DNA of 64,000 bases from Octopus sinensis (GCF_006345805.1 NC_043002.1:7254001-7318000), one strand, 5' to 3'; positions 1 through 12,294 are shown, counted from the first letter of the stretch. The notes: generated from the letters alone by a model not told the origin. Numbers and translations are program-made.

Positions 1-353
1 CCAAGGACTCCAAATTTGCCATCAAGATGTAGGACAAGATACTGCGATAGCCTGGGCTTCAGAGGTCCACAGCTCTTCAATATCCTCCCGAAAGACCTGT
101 GAGACCTTCATGGGGTGGATGCAGATGTCTTCAAAATAAAGCTGGACCTCTTCCTGTTAGGTGTCCCAGATGAACCAACTTAACGACAGGAGGTTCAGAT
201 GAGGGCAGCTGCATCAAACTATCTCATGCATCAAATGTCGATTGCTAAAAAGCATTCGTGAAGTAAAATCATGTAGCAACACCGAATGGCGGTGCCCCAG
301 CATGGCCACAGCTCGTGAGCTGAAACTAGGTGAAGTGAAATGAAAAAATGAAA
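1..353 (+). mobile_element. 3' end of a CR1/L2-clade-like LINE (ORF2 C-terminus plus 3' tail), degenerate
   Basis: Frame 1 reads PRTPNLPSRCRTRYCDSLGFRGPQLFNILPKDL*DLHGVDADVFKIKLDLFLLGVPDEPT*RQEVQMRAAASNYLMHQ, resembling the FRGPxLFNxLP...FKxKLDxFLxxVPDEP C-terminus of CR1/L2/Crack-type ORF2. Followed by GGCGGTGCCCCAGCATGGCC, a stem-loop (309-322) and a TGAAA-like tail. Confidence 0.75.
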
Positions 354-1328
354 TATATGCTTGTCGCGACAAGGGAACATATGTTTAGGCATCCTATATT
401 CAAGAAACAAGAGACAAGTCTCTCTCAAATCAAGTACCACTCTCCTAAGCAAAAGTTCCAATGTGCTAACGGGGGTAACGCTATACGGCCACTCGAATCG
501 TAGAAATAGCCAATACCCGCTGAAGAACACCATAATGCATTCAATAATTTAAGATAAGACCACACTATTGTTGAGAATGAAATAGGAAGGTCATAGCTGG
601 AACGTCTGATCATTCGTTTTCCCGATGAGAGATATCTTGAGCTAAACAACACCAGCAATGGACAAGTAGTTGAAATTACCTATAAAATAAAGGTTTATGC
701 TTTTGACTATGGGTTAGCTTAATTAAGGAACTAAAAAACCAACAATAATCACCGCAACGCGCGTGCATGCATGCGTGTGTCTGTGTGTGTGTGTGTGTAA
801 AGAGATATGGGAAAGCGTCAATAAGAAAACATTCACACACGCGCGCAAGAGAGAGAGAGAAAATCAGAAAGAAAAACAAAGGAAGCACTATTTGATGACA
901 AACGTAAACAAGATGAGACTATTTAGTTAAAAGATACAAAACGAGTAAAGGAAAGCAAAACAGTAACAAGATAGCAGAAGATATGACGATGGGTGCGAGA
1001 AAGTGAGAATGAAATGATGAAAGCTGAGGTGGTAGCAGTAATACAGGAGTGGGAGGAGGAGGAGGAGACGGGGGGAAATAAAATCTCCTGGCACGTGCGG
1101 GCTTTAAATTTCAAACTGGAGAGAAAGGGTTATGATCTTATCTCATCTCATCCCATTCTCTCTCTCTGTCTCTTTATCTCTCTCTCCTTCTCTCTCTGTC
1201 TCTTTCTATCTATCTATCAATTTGTCTACGATAGAGGTAGATAGATCTATCTATTCCTATCGTATTAAGATAAAGCACTTTCATCGGTCCTGCTGTTTGT
1301 CCCCTTGTTTTATCAGGTGACAGAAGAA

Positions 1329-1366
<38 letters not shown>

Positions 1367-2711
1367 GGACTAGCATAAGCAGAACAAGGAAAAAATTCCA
1401 TTATAATATTAACCTGGTTTTTCTTTTGTTTGTATGTTTGTTTGATTTAGATTTTTTTTTTTACTTTCATATTAATAATATCAAGCAGCTGAGGAGAGAG
1501 TTATCTGATAAACATTTGAGGAGTGCATCATAATACAGAGATACACAAATTTGGTGGTGGAGGGGGATCCCTTGAACAGATATAACATTGAGAAAACATG
1601 ACGAAATATGGTCGACTTGAGCTGGCAAACTCATACGAAGGAAGACACTAGACGTGGCTGTTTCATTTGTATAGTATTTATTGTATAGCGGACGGTGTTT
1701 TCTTTGCATTCCAGTCAGATCAATGTATCCAAATATTGTTCTAAAATATAACACAATTGAGTCTCTCCATTTTCACTCCATCAACACTGTCATCTCTTAC
1801 ACGCCGAGAACAATACAAAATTGTTTTGCTTGATAATTTCTCCCACATCACTCCACCGAAAGATCAATAAACTCAACTATTTAAAGCCAAAGAAAATTCG
1901 TTCTTAAACTACCTTAAGTCGATTTCTCCCAAATATGTTTAACAAAACAGCTATAATAAAGTTTACAACTGGGGCATGTAATCATAGACACACGCTGGTG
2001 ACTTAGTTAAGCAAGTGGATCATCTAAAACCGACATGCACCGGTCCGTAAAGCAAACACGCGAAAGTGTAGTAATCTATAGAGATGCGTTAGATGCATAC
2101 TTCTGTTACTGTTTCTTTAAGCTTCAAAAGATTCATGATCATCATCTGTCTTGGTCATTTAAAATAAAATTCAAAAAATGAACCGAAAACCCGCCATTTA
2201 ATTGTATTTCGTTTCTATGGATGTAATGTACTCCCTCTTACACGTGACGAAGACTGTTCAAAAACTTTTTATTCAAACATTCGTGAAAGGAAATCAGCAA
2301 CCCGTACATAAATGTGTTTTGTTTTTGCTAGCAATTATAACACCAAACTTAATGTTTATTCTTGTCTTGACTCATTGAAACTCTCTCGCGTAGTCTCTGC
2401 TACAAATTCTTAGCTTTAAGGAGAAGCCAATGGAAAGTTTTCCATGAATGTAATATTGTTCATTCAACATTTATTTAAACTTGTGAATCTGGATCAGTGT
2501 ATGTATGTGTCTATGGCAGAGCCAGTGTGTATGGGTGCGTTTGCCATTTTATGCACTCTAGGAAGAGTACTCAATATATGTTACAGAGTATGTTCGATTT
2601 GTAGTCACCTAATGGATCGTATCGAGAAAATCTCTCTATTTCTCCTCACCTCTCTCTTTCATTCGATGCGCAAAGAAGCCTTGGGCATTGAAGTAATCTC
2701 TCTCTCTCTCC

Positions 2712-2762
<51 letters not shown>

Positions 2763-2763
<1 letters not shown>

Positions 2764-2821
2764 TGATTGATTGATTTTAGTTTCAGCTCATGAGCTGTGG
2801 CCATGCTGGGGCACCGCCATT
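2763..2821 (-). mobile_element. Tail-only copy of the LINE at 1-353
   Basis: Minus strand AATGGCGGTGCCCCAGCATGGCCACAGCTCATGAGCTGAAACTA matches 285-328 with one mismatch, followed by (ATCA)n; embedded in (TA)n. Confidence 0.85.
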
Positions 2822-2836
2822 TATATATATATATAT

Positions 2837-3358
2837 ATCGTCCCTTTCTTTCTCTCTCTCTTTGATTCCTTGCCCCCTGCTTTTCTTTCTCTCTCTTCCG
2901 TCCTCTCACGTGACTGCCTTCAAACTGGTCTTTTCGGCTTGACCGCTGCCATGTTAACACTGTTGTCTTCATTTGCCGCAAAGGCATTTTTTCAAAATAC
3001 GCCAGCCAAGATAAGTTAAAAATTGTCTGAAGTCGTAAGACACCCGCTGTTTTGTCCTGTTATTACTATTCTTGTTTTTTATTTCTATTTTTTGTTTCTT
3101 GTATTTATATTCGTGTGACATCCTGTCCTTGTTTCGTATACATTCGATTCTCTTTCCAAGAAATCTAATGCCCGTAGCTTAGTTTTTCTTTGGGGCTGGC
3201 CGTATCGGAGCGATATCAGGATTAATCAGCCGAAATTGCTAAGATGATCCGGTTCCCGACTAAAGATTAGAGGCTTCGAATGACCCGTCTGTTTTTTTGT
3301 GTCGTCTCTTTGTGTGTTTTGCGTTCTTGTCCCATTTTGTAATTTATATTTAATTTCT

Positions 3359-3360
<2 letters not shown>
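2837..3360. repeat. Unclassified ~520-bp interspersed repeat flanked by (TA)n on both sides
   Basis: Bounded by (TA)n tracts; 24 bp near its right end (TGTTTTGCGTTCTTGTCCCATTTT, 3315-3338) recur exactly at 19257-19280, again next to (TA)n. Confidence 0.45.
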
Positions 3361-3418
<58 letters not shown>

Positions 3419-3764
3419 GACACTCAACGACCGGAGTACTGGGATCGAATCTCTCTCTTTCTCCCCCACGTCTCGCTTCATAAATGGCTACGCTGGCCAA
3501 ATCCTCGTTAAACTTTGAGAATACAACGACAAAAGAAGTGAAACATTGTCAAAGAAATGGCATATTACCAACGTTATAAACGGACCCTGTTGTTAAGGTG
3601 GAGTAACTGCCAGGAATTACAAAGAAGTATGGGCAATGTTTCATTATATATTTCCATTCGTAAGGAGGCATTTTTAAAAATTGTTAAGTTTATAAATGGG
3701 ATATTAACAATTATAAAAATAGCTGAAAGAAAACGAGGCCCAAGGTAAATGAAGAATTTTTTAC

Positions 3765-4003
3765 CTGTATCTCCCGTATCATCTCGTTTCCGTTTCACGC
3801 TTCCATTGTTGAGATTTCCTGGATTTTGTGAACTGATTCCCAGAATGCCACTAATAGAATAGGAACCTGGTCGTGTCAGAGCTTCTGCTCCTGATGGCGT
3901 CTGCGACTGTGCAATTCCAGGATTTGGAGCTTCGACTTGAAGCGAAGGACTTGATTGAGGTGGTTGGCCTTTCGCCTTTTCTGCTGCTCGATTTCGGACT
4001 ATT
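3765..4003 (-). CDS. Pax2/5/8: Pax2/5/8 internal exon (239 bp): paired-domain tail, linker, octapeptide and basic NLS-like motif
   Basis: Acceptor T-tract+AG (AG at 4005-4004), phase 2. Hand translation: (R)IVRNRAAEKAKGQPPQSSPSLQVEAPNPGIAQSQTPSGAEALTRPGSYSISGILGISSQNPGNLNNGSVKRKRDDTGDT(G). Octapeptide YSISGILG at 3861-3838, KRKR at 3795-3784. Donor G|GTAAAA at 3764-3763, phase 1. Length 1+79x3+1 fits both phases. Confidence 0.93.
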
Positions 4004-4721
4004 CTAAAAAAATCGAAAAATTACATACATTATACATAAATATATAAACGGTCACGCGCGCACACAAATAGGCAGTTACCGCCCGATTAAGATCAAAGAA
4101 ATGTCTTACATGCAGAAGCATTATCAAGAAGAAACACGCGCACACACACACACGCATCATACACACATACACACTCACACACACACGAGTGCGCGTGGAC
4201 CCCGAAATTTCATATTTTACTAGACTCCAAAGGGATGAAATACTAAGTCAAATACGGTAAGAACTGCCGTAAAGGATCACATGAGAAAACATTTTGTCTA
4301 ATGTCCAAGGAATTCTGCCAATTCACCAATTTTAACTAGGTAGGATAAATTGAATATGACTATTCTTCGAACTAATTATTATTCTATATTTTTTTAAAGA
4401 CATTATCTTAAAACAAAAAACAAAAAATCTTTTTCTGCTGTCAATGAATCAACAAAGTGTTTACTAGAACTAAGTAAACAAACAACTCCAAAACAACAAG
4501 TGAATTACACAGTGAAAGGGAATACTAAGAGACAGACGAAGCAGCAACAGAAATCTACTCTCGGCAGATGAAAAGAAATATCTTTTCTTTTAATCCTTGA
4601 CAAAAAACAGCAGGAAGTAATCTTGTTAGAAGTAAAAACTGCCTAAAATATAGCAATCTCATCTGATAATATAAGAGTTATACCGGGGTAGTTTTTGACT
4701 CTTTGCTTAGTAATTTTATTA

Positions 4722-4757
<36 letters not shown>

Positions 4758-5548
4758 CATTATTGTTGTTATTATTGTTGTTGTAGTAGTAGTTGTTGTT
4801 GTTATAACATTGGCGCTTTTCCTCCCTTCTTATCATCAGCCAGCTCAAGTATTTGATGGGTTACAAGATAAAATGTACTTTCCTATCTCTCTCAGAAAAG
4901 AAATAACTTTCGGATCTTTCTTGTCGCTTTCTAGAAGTAGACCTTATTCTTAAAATTTCGCGATACTGTAAACGTATATTATTAAGTTTACGAACAAGAC
5001 ACGAGATGTTATTACTGTGTGTGTGTGTGTGTGTGTTTTTGTGTGTGTGTGTGATACACAGATTCATACATATATATTCAGATCTATGTGGGTCAATTGA
5101 AAATATAGGGTCACAAATACTACGAATACCATATTAAAGAATATGCAAATGTTCATAGATACACACACTTACACACACATATACATACATACACAAATAT
5201 ATGTATACAAAAATGCACACACATACTGTATGTATAAGTAAAAAGAGAGAGAGGAGAGAGAGTAAGAGAGATGTAAGGGGGAGTGTGTAGAGCGGGTACA
5301 TGTAAAAATAGAAGAAACTGTTGTGGCTGGGGAGTAGTATCTTGTTTTTAAACCAATGTGCTGTAAGTAAAGTAAAACATTACTTCAGTTCTTTTACTAA
5401 GGAAACGGATCATTGACGACAAAGAAATATATAAATAAAAAATAAAATAAAAACACTACACCGACCAGACTTTATGAGAATCTTTGATCACATTAATCAC
5501 TTATTTTCCATTAGTATATATATGTATATACATATATACGTGTGTGTC

Positions 5549-5607
<59 letters not shown>

Positions 5608-5661
5608 GTACTTAGGAATATTCAAATGGATTAGTTATATATATGCCAACATAGACATACA

Positions 5662-5702
<41 letters not shown>

Positions 5703-5909
5703 ATTATCTATATTACACACACACACACACACACACACCACACACACACACGAACTACAAATGGATTGCTTGTACACGCATATATATACACACACTCATA
5801 TATTTTAGTTCCGAAGTAATTTCTAAGTAGCAGCTAACAGCTAACGTGATAAAAACTTTGCAAGAGGGACAATCACTGGCTTTGATGTTGTTATTGTTAT
5901 ATATATACA

Positions 5910-5948
<39 letters not shown>

Positions 5949-7237
5949 TATATATATATGTAATTTTTTTCAATACTGTTATGGATGCACTTGAGTCGGA
6001 AGGCCACTTTATAATGTGTTCGGTGTGTATGCGCGTAGAAGAGACATATTGAATGGAATTCGCTGGAAGATGAGTGTGTCATTAAGAACAAGACCTAAAT
6101 TATATGTTTATTTATTGTGTGATGCTATTTTTGAATAAAAACAAGCATATGTCTACTTTTCGGTGGAAATATTATGGCTTGTTTCTTTGTTTCTTCTTTT
6201 TTTTCTTCTTTTTATATTGTTTCTCGAAACTCCCCCACCACCACTACCACCACCCTTCCTAAAACGAACTTTTTGTAATAGAAACAGCAATAGTAACGTG
6301 AATGTTACGTGTTTTGTCGGGTGACATGATTTTAAATATAGGCTAAATGTTGACTACTACTACTACCACACTTCTCGTGAGGCACTGATGGATTCTCTGT
6401 TCTGTCACTCACCCTGGTATTAGGAGCAACATGTCTCCCTCGAATAACATCCCGTCCATGTTAAAACTTGAATGAGTTGTAAAATGCTAAATAAAAGATA
6501 CATCTTATCTGCCGAAAAACAGTTTCTGTGGCTACAATGTTTGGTGAAAATAAATCATTTTGTTCAGAATTGATCTGTGGTTAAACTCCTATTTTTATTG
6601 GTTAGTAAGAAAGACGGATAGCACCCGTCCGCAGAATGTCAACTCATGACGCATTCGTCCGACGCTCTCCTAACTCGGCCAATTCGCCCCGCCACGAAGA
6701 AAATAGATAAGCTCTAGCAAAACTAGAAAAATTCAAATGTCTTAATTTTTTAATTAATAGTGAACGTGGGAAGAAACTTGAAGAACGAAGTTACTTAGAT
6801 CATCTAGCAGACTTTAAAAAATTAAATGCTTTCTTAAATGAAACAAGTTACCTATTCGGCTTACATTTGGACGGTCGTGGAATCCTAGTAATTTGTAATT
6901 AGCTGTTTGTTGGCTTGTCTTTTTGTTATAATCTTTAGTCATCAACAAAAGGGAAAGACAGGTAAAAGAAAAATACAGTGTCACAAGACTTAATGCGGGA
7001 AAAAAAAGCCTCAGAATACCAGGCATATTTGCTTAGCGAATGATTCCGATATACAGAAATAGTGTTGCTGAGTAAAATAAATTAGAAGCAAACAGATGGA
7101 TGGACGAAAAAAAAATACCTTATGACTGTCTATAAATCAAAAGCAGAAATAAATGCAACGGTCAGCAATAAATTTGAGATAAGCAAATAAAATTCTTATG
7201 GGAGTGATGTTTGTTCGTTCCGTTATGCCCATTATAC

Positions 7238-7284
<47 letters not shown>

Positions 7285-8089
7285 TGTATATATTATGTAC
7301 ATAAATGTGTACTTATGTATATGTACATAGATATATACATACATGTATATGTGTGAGTATATCTACATATATATTCATATGTATATATATATATATATAT
7401 ATACACACAGATATATATGAACGTAATATACTCGAACATATATTATGACAAGAAAATATTTTACCACACTCTGGAGACTACCATACCAAAATCAGGGGGC
7501 GGGAGGGGCGTATAATTTTTTTTTGTCACTCAGGAGTACACAATGTTATCTAATAAGAATGATTTTAGTTTCGTTTCGTTTTCGTATTTCAGTTTTGGCA
7601 CAAATGCAATAGCAACATAATTCAGCAACGCAAAGGAAGATTTACGAATGATGAGGATTTTTTGCTTGGCACACATCCATATTGTAACCACATATCGGAA
7701 TGAGTACATAAGGAGTATTTGTTTCATTGATTCTGGAAGTAAATATTATTCGGTGTTCAGCCATTTCTTATACAGTGGGTCAACAAGGGCACCATTATTT
7801 AGCCACTTAGGCGCAATGCAAATAGCAGTCAATTTTCCTCTTCAAATTACATCATACTGCCCCAAAAGAACACATTAGATAATTTGGTTCTCGGGTCCCT
7901 AAATATAGTAAAAACGACGAGATAATCAAAGATAATCAAAATTATTGTAAACAGGGATGTCCGGTTACGCCATAATGATGTTTAAGTAGCATAGATTCAT
8001 CTTTAGACTAATCAAAGGTCCCCTTAATCTTTCTTTTAAGGATTTTGCTATCTGTAAAGAAATAGACAACTATACACATTCACATATAT

Positions 8090-8254
8090 ATTTTTTTCTC
8101 TCCTTGTTTCTTCCTGTGTCCCTTTCTGTAGAAGAGCGTAGGCTCGAAACGTAAAAGACTTCTTCTATTCCTGAGCGTTATACTAATACATTTGTTTGTT
8201 TTGTACACCACCTGTCTTCGTCTTTTGATTTTTTTTTTCGTAAACTCTCCCTAT
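8090..8254 (+). mobile_element. Short (TA)n-flanked repeat with hammerhead-shaped motif (possible Penelope-like terminal derivative)
   Basis: Pyrimidine tract, then CTTT-CTGTAGA-A-GAGC-GTAG-GCTC-GAAAC-GTA-AAAG (8122-8157), then CCTGAGCG and a second pyrimidine tract. Same architecture as 21838-22030. Confidence 0.5.
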
Positions 8255-8648
8255 ATACATATATACATATGTGAGTGGATTCCAAAATGTGGGCGCGTGT
8301 ACGTCTATGTTCATACGTATGTGTATATGTTTCTTTATATCGGTAACCACTTGTAGAAGAGTGCCGGCGATGATGTTAGTTCATCCTGTCCACAAACTGT
8401 TTGTGTAAACAGCTAAAATACAAAAACAGGCTAGGATTAGTATCACAAACGGTCTGTAAAGCGAAGCCTCAAATAACGTACACATCTTTCGCATGCAAGC
8501 ATGGAAATACGAACATAGAGCGAAAGGACAAATGAACGAATGAGAGAGAGAGAGAGAGAATGAATGAATGTTGGTGCGTATGGTGTTTACAATATCACCA
8601 TTGTGTTTTCAATATGTACCTGTTAATCAATATGTACCTGTTAATCGA

Positions 8649-8813
8649 GGCAGCGAGTGGATAGAATCGTCAGCTCGCTGGGCGAAATGTTTCGCGTTCT
8701 GTGCGCAAATTCCGCCGAACACAACTTTGGCAGTTACGTACTGAGGTCGACGTACTCGACTTATCCCCTCCCCGGAAACTTCTGGACTTGTACTAAAATT
8801 TGAAATCGATATT
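8649..8813 (+). mobile_element. tRNA-derived SINE (family A, internally deleted) with 14-bp TSD overlapping the Pax exon donor
   Basis: Starts GGCAGCGAG (family head GGCGGCGAGCTGG) and ends AAAATTTGAAATCGATATT like other copies. Flanked by identical TACCTGTTAATCGA at 8635-8648 and 8814-8827. Confidence 0.85.
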
Positions 8814-8816
8814 TAC

Positions 8817-9014
8817 CTGTTAATCGAACTGACACTCGGTACGTTATCTTGGCTGCAAATATTCTCTGACAACAATCGGTCTCTGATTTCCCATGCAAAC
8901 ATTGTAGGATTTTCCTGTTTGTAACGAGCAATAGCTTCAACAACTTTTGGCGTTGCTACCTTCGGCTTGGAACCACCTATCACACCCGGCTTTATTGAGC
9001 CTGTTTCATAATAT
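8817..9014 (-). CDS. Pax2/5/8: Pax2/5/8 internal exon (198 bp), C-terminal (RED) half of the paired domain
   Basis: Translates (R)[65 protein letters not shown](R). Acceptor tttttcttcAG (9016-9015) joins in phase 2 to the previous exon (AG|A = Arg). Donor AG|GTAAAT at 8816-8815, phase 2. Confidence 0.97.
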
Positions 9015-9172
9015 CTGAAGAAAAAGGAATAAGAAACTTTATAACAATGATGCAAACAAGTAGATATATGCACACAAAAAAGAAATATACAAACATGCAA
9101 ATAAAGATATACATAAATGCATACATAAACACATATACACACACACACACGCATGTACACACACATATATGG

Positions 9173-9174
9173 AC

Positions 9175-9245
<71 letters not shown>

Positions 9246-9302
9246 CAAATAGACAGATAGACAAATAGATAGATAGACAAATAGACAGACAGACAGACAG
9301 AC

Positions 9303-9355
<53 letters not shown>

Positions 9356-9366
9356 TACAGACAGAC

Positions 9367-9440
<74 letters not shown>
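9173..9440. repeat. Compound (GATA)n/(GACA)n microsatellite
   Basis: Directly visible; ~160 bp upstream of the exon acceptor at 9015. Similar arrays at about 32640-32775, 39707-39785, 40250-40420 and 61557-61746. Confidence 0.95.
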
Positions 9441-9441
<1 letters not shown>

Positions 9442-10368
9442 AAATTCCGCTGTGAAAAGAGAAGTAGAGAAGAGAAAAATTAAAAATCAAATAAATTACA
9501 AAATTGTAGCAACATCAGATTAAAATAAAATAGCCATTTTTGTATTATACGTAACGAATATACACCGTTGACAGACTGATGATGCTGTCTCCGACCAAGA
9601 TAAAGCTCTTATATATGTCATGTGTTGAAAACCAAACAGCGAGATATATAAATCTATATTATATTATGTTTAATCTTTTGCTAATCTCTGCCTTGAATGA
9701 ATTTAAACGAAGAGACAGACCATAGGCAGTAGAGATTTCATACAACTAAAAGTTTTGATTTATTCTCTGAGCCAATGGTCTTAGAACCAACTGTATTCCA
9801 GTTAACCATCCCGTCTTTATTTCTTCGTATATTGTATATGAGTTCAGTGTGCGACCTTCTTTTTATTTGTTGAAGACCGTATGACGTGGTTTGATGAAGA
9901 TATGACAGTTATTTATAACAGGCCGTGCTACCAGGTAGAGGTTTCCTCATCGGCTTATTTAGGATATTTCAGTATTGTTTGTTGTTACTTCACGTGTGAG
10001 CGTTCGAATCTAACTCTGGTCGATTAAAAGCATGGATTTAATAACGAGATAGTCAAATCGCACAATTTCAGTAGAAAATATATAGACCATAACTACTACT
10101 ACTACTACTACTACTACATTATTTCGTTGCAAAATTGACTGTAGAATGTTGAAATTTTTGTCATACAGCTTATTCAATATCAAAATAAAGGATATACATA
10201 CGCAGGTATACACTTTATGTATATATATAGAGAGAGAGACATAGGGTAGATAGATGGATTGACAGACAGATAGATAGATAGATATCATCATGTCTCCATG
10301 GCATGAAACTATTAGTTGGTCTTATTTAAATACTGTGTACTGCTTTTTATTCATCCTAAATATAACGC

Positions 10369-10402
<34 letters not shown>

Positions 10403-11596
10403 TGCGTGTACTAAACTACATATATATATATATATATATACATATATATATTATGTATCTGTGTATGTATACATGCATATTTGCACACACTCATGCACTC
10501 CATTCTGTTGTGCGTATATGTGTGTATGTGTGTAATTTCCTTTACCCCTAATCTCAGTATAGTGAAAGCTTCAAAGCATTTTGTGAGGATAAGAGAAAAT
10601 CTGTATCCAATACTCGCTCACTCTTTAATGCATGCATGTATGTCGAACCCCCTCTCTCTCTCTCTCTCTCTCTACCTCTTTCTATCTAGGGAGAGAGAGA
10701 AAAAGAGAGAGGGAGTGTATGTGTGTGATACATTCAAATAAACGCAGTTAAAAACACTCTTCCACAAATATATAGAAACCATTTTAATTATGTGTGTATG
10801 AGTGTTCTTGAGGGACTAATCTACAAGAAGTTGACACAAAAGGAAAAATGTCAGCCCTACTTAGAATGTAATTTATCTTGAAGGACTTCTAAGGGACATC
10901 AAAGGAGCGAGAAAATGGAATAAGGTACTAAGAATGAAAGAGAGTGACAGAGCGAGAGAGAAAGCGGACTTATAAATAAAGAAATTAGGTAGCACCCGTT
11001 TTAGAAAATATTCACTAGTATAAACTTGATATACGTATTTGAAAGCGCATTAAGTTATTATCGCCATCTGTGTATCATACGAAATATACAAACATTGTTA
11101 GAATGCATGATATTGCGGAATTGTCTGAGATAAAATCTCCTCCATAGACTTGCTGTATTAAAAACCTAAAATATATCGCAGTGAAACGAACAACTTTGCG
11201 GCAGGGACTCACTCGAACGACAGACGCGTTTAGCCTTTCTGGCCAAAGTCGTGCACTTGATTGTTGTCTACTTAATCGAAATTCGGTCGTTGATATTGAT
11301 AGACAACGGCGAATAAAACTGGTACCGAATCAGTACTGGATGAAAATTGTCTCCTGTACAGCATGCTAAATGATGCCGTCTAACAGTGTGTATGTATTCA
11401 TCATGGTGCACAGATTATAATTGATTAGAATATTTGTTGTTGTTACTATTGTTATATTTGCCTTCTTTTTCTTTTTACATCTATATGTCTACCTACCCCC
11501 TCTCTCTCATATATATATATATGTATGTATGTATGCATGTATGTATGTATGTATGCTCCAGCATAGTCACAGTCTTAGGGCTGAAATGTAGAAAAG

Positions 11597-11631
<35 letters not shown>

Positions 11632-12294
11632 TTATCTATTTCTAAACACACACGACTAAGTTTCATTCACTGGACTTTGGGTATACTGGGGCACAACATT
11701 GAAGAGTCTCTTTATATATGAAAAATGTCTGCCCGTAATTGTATTGTCAACGAATAAAGAGTTTGGAGCGTATACGAAAGTCATAAAGTTGCTTTAGTGC
11801 ATTTATCTGTCAATCCATTTATTCATTATTGTAATGCAATAACAACTATATCAATAATCAACTTTGAAATGGTTAAAAATACAATTCTAAAATTAGAAAT
11901 TTTATGTACGTATCTCTAACTCTTTGTTATTTTACTCAAATTTCTGGGTAACGCATGCCCAAAGATCTGGTTATGATTTTTTTGATTATTAGGTATACAA
12001 ATGTTTCAACAGTATTTTACACGTCAATCAAATGAAACGACACGTGACTCACTATCAGTGAATTGAACTGAAATATGAATTTCTTTTAATAATCTTGGCT
12101 GGCAGCGTATTAGCAGAGTCGCCAAAGTATCGCTTAGAATTTCTCGCGGCATTCGTTCCGACATTCTGCGTCCAGTTGTGTGTTTTTTTTGGTTTTTTTT
12201 TTTTAATGAAACCGAGGTCAACATTGCTTCCCATCTCTTTTTAGGTTGAGAAATAAGCAGTGAAGTATTGTGAACAATTCTTCTTTCACTCTTC

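Noticed and set aside
1467-1754. Minus-strand ORF or acceptor at ~1744 as the next Pax exon (partial homeodomain)
   Set aside because: The required phase-1 frame hits a stop within 8 codons, and the open frame shows no Pax similarity.
9015-9490. N-terminal part of the 225-aa ORF (8813..9490) as Pax coding sequence
   Set aside because: It translates (TATC/TGTC)n microsatellite; a canonical acceptor at 9016-9015 marks the real exon start.
10896-10905. TCF/LEF site ACATCAAAGG (also at 52441) and scattered ATGCAAAT octamers as enhancer evidence
   Set aside because: A few such hits are expected by chance in 64 kb of AT-rich DNA.
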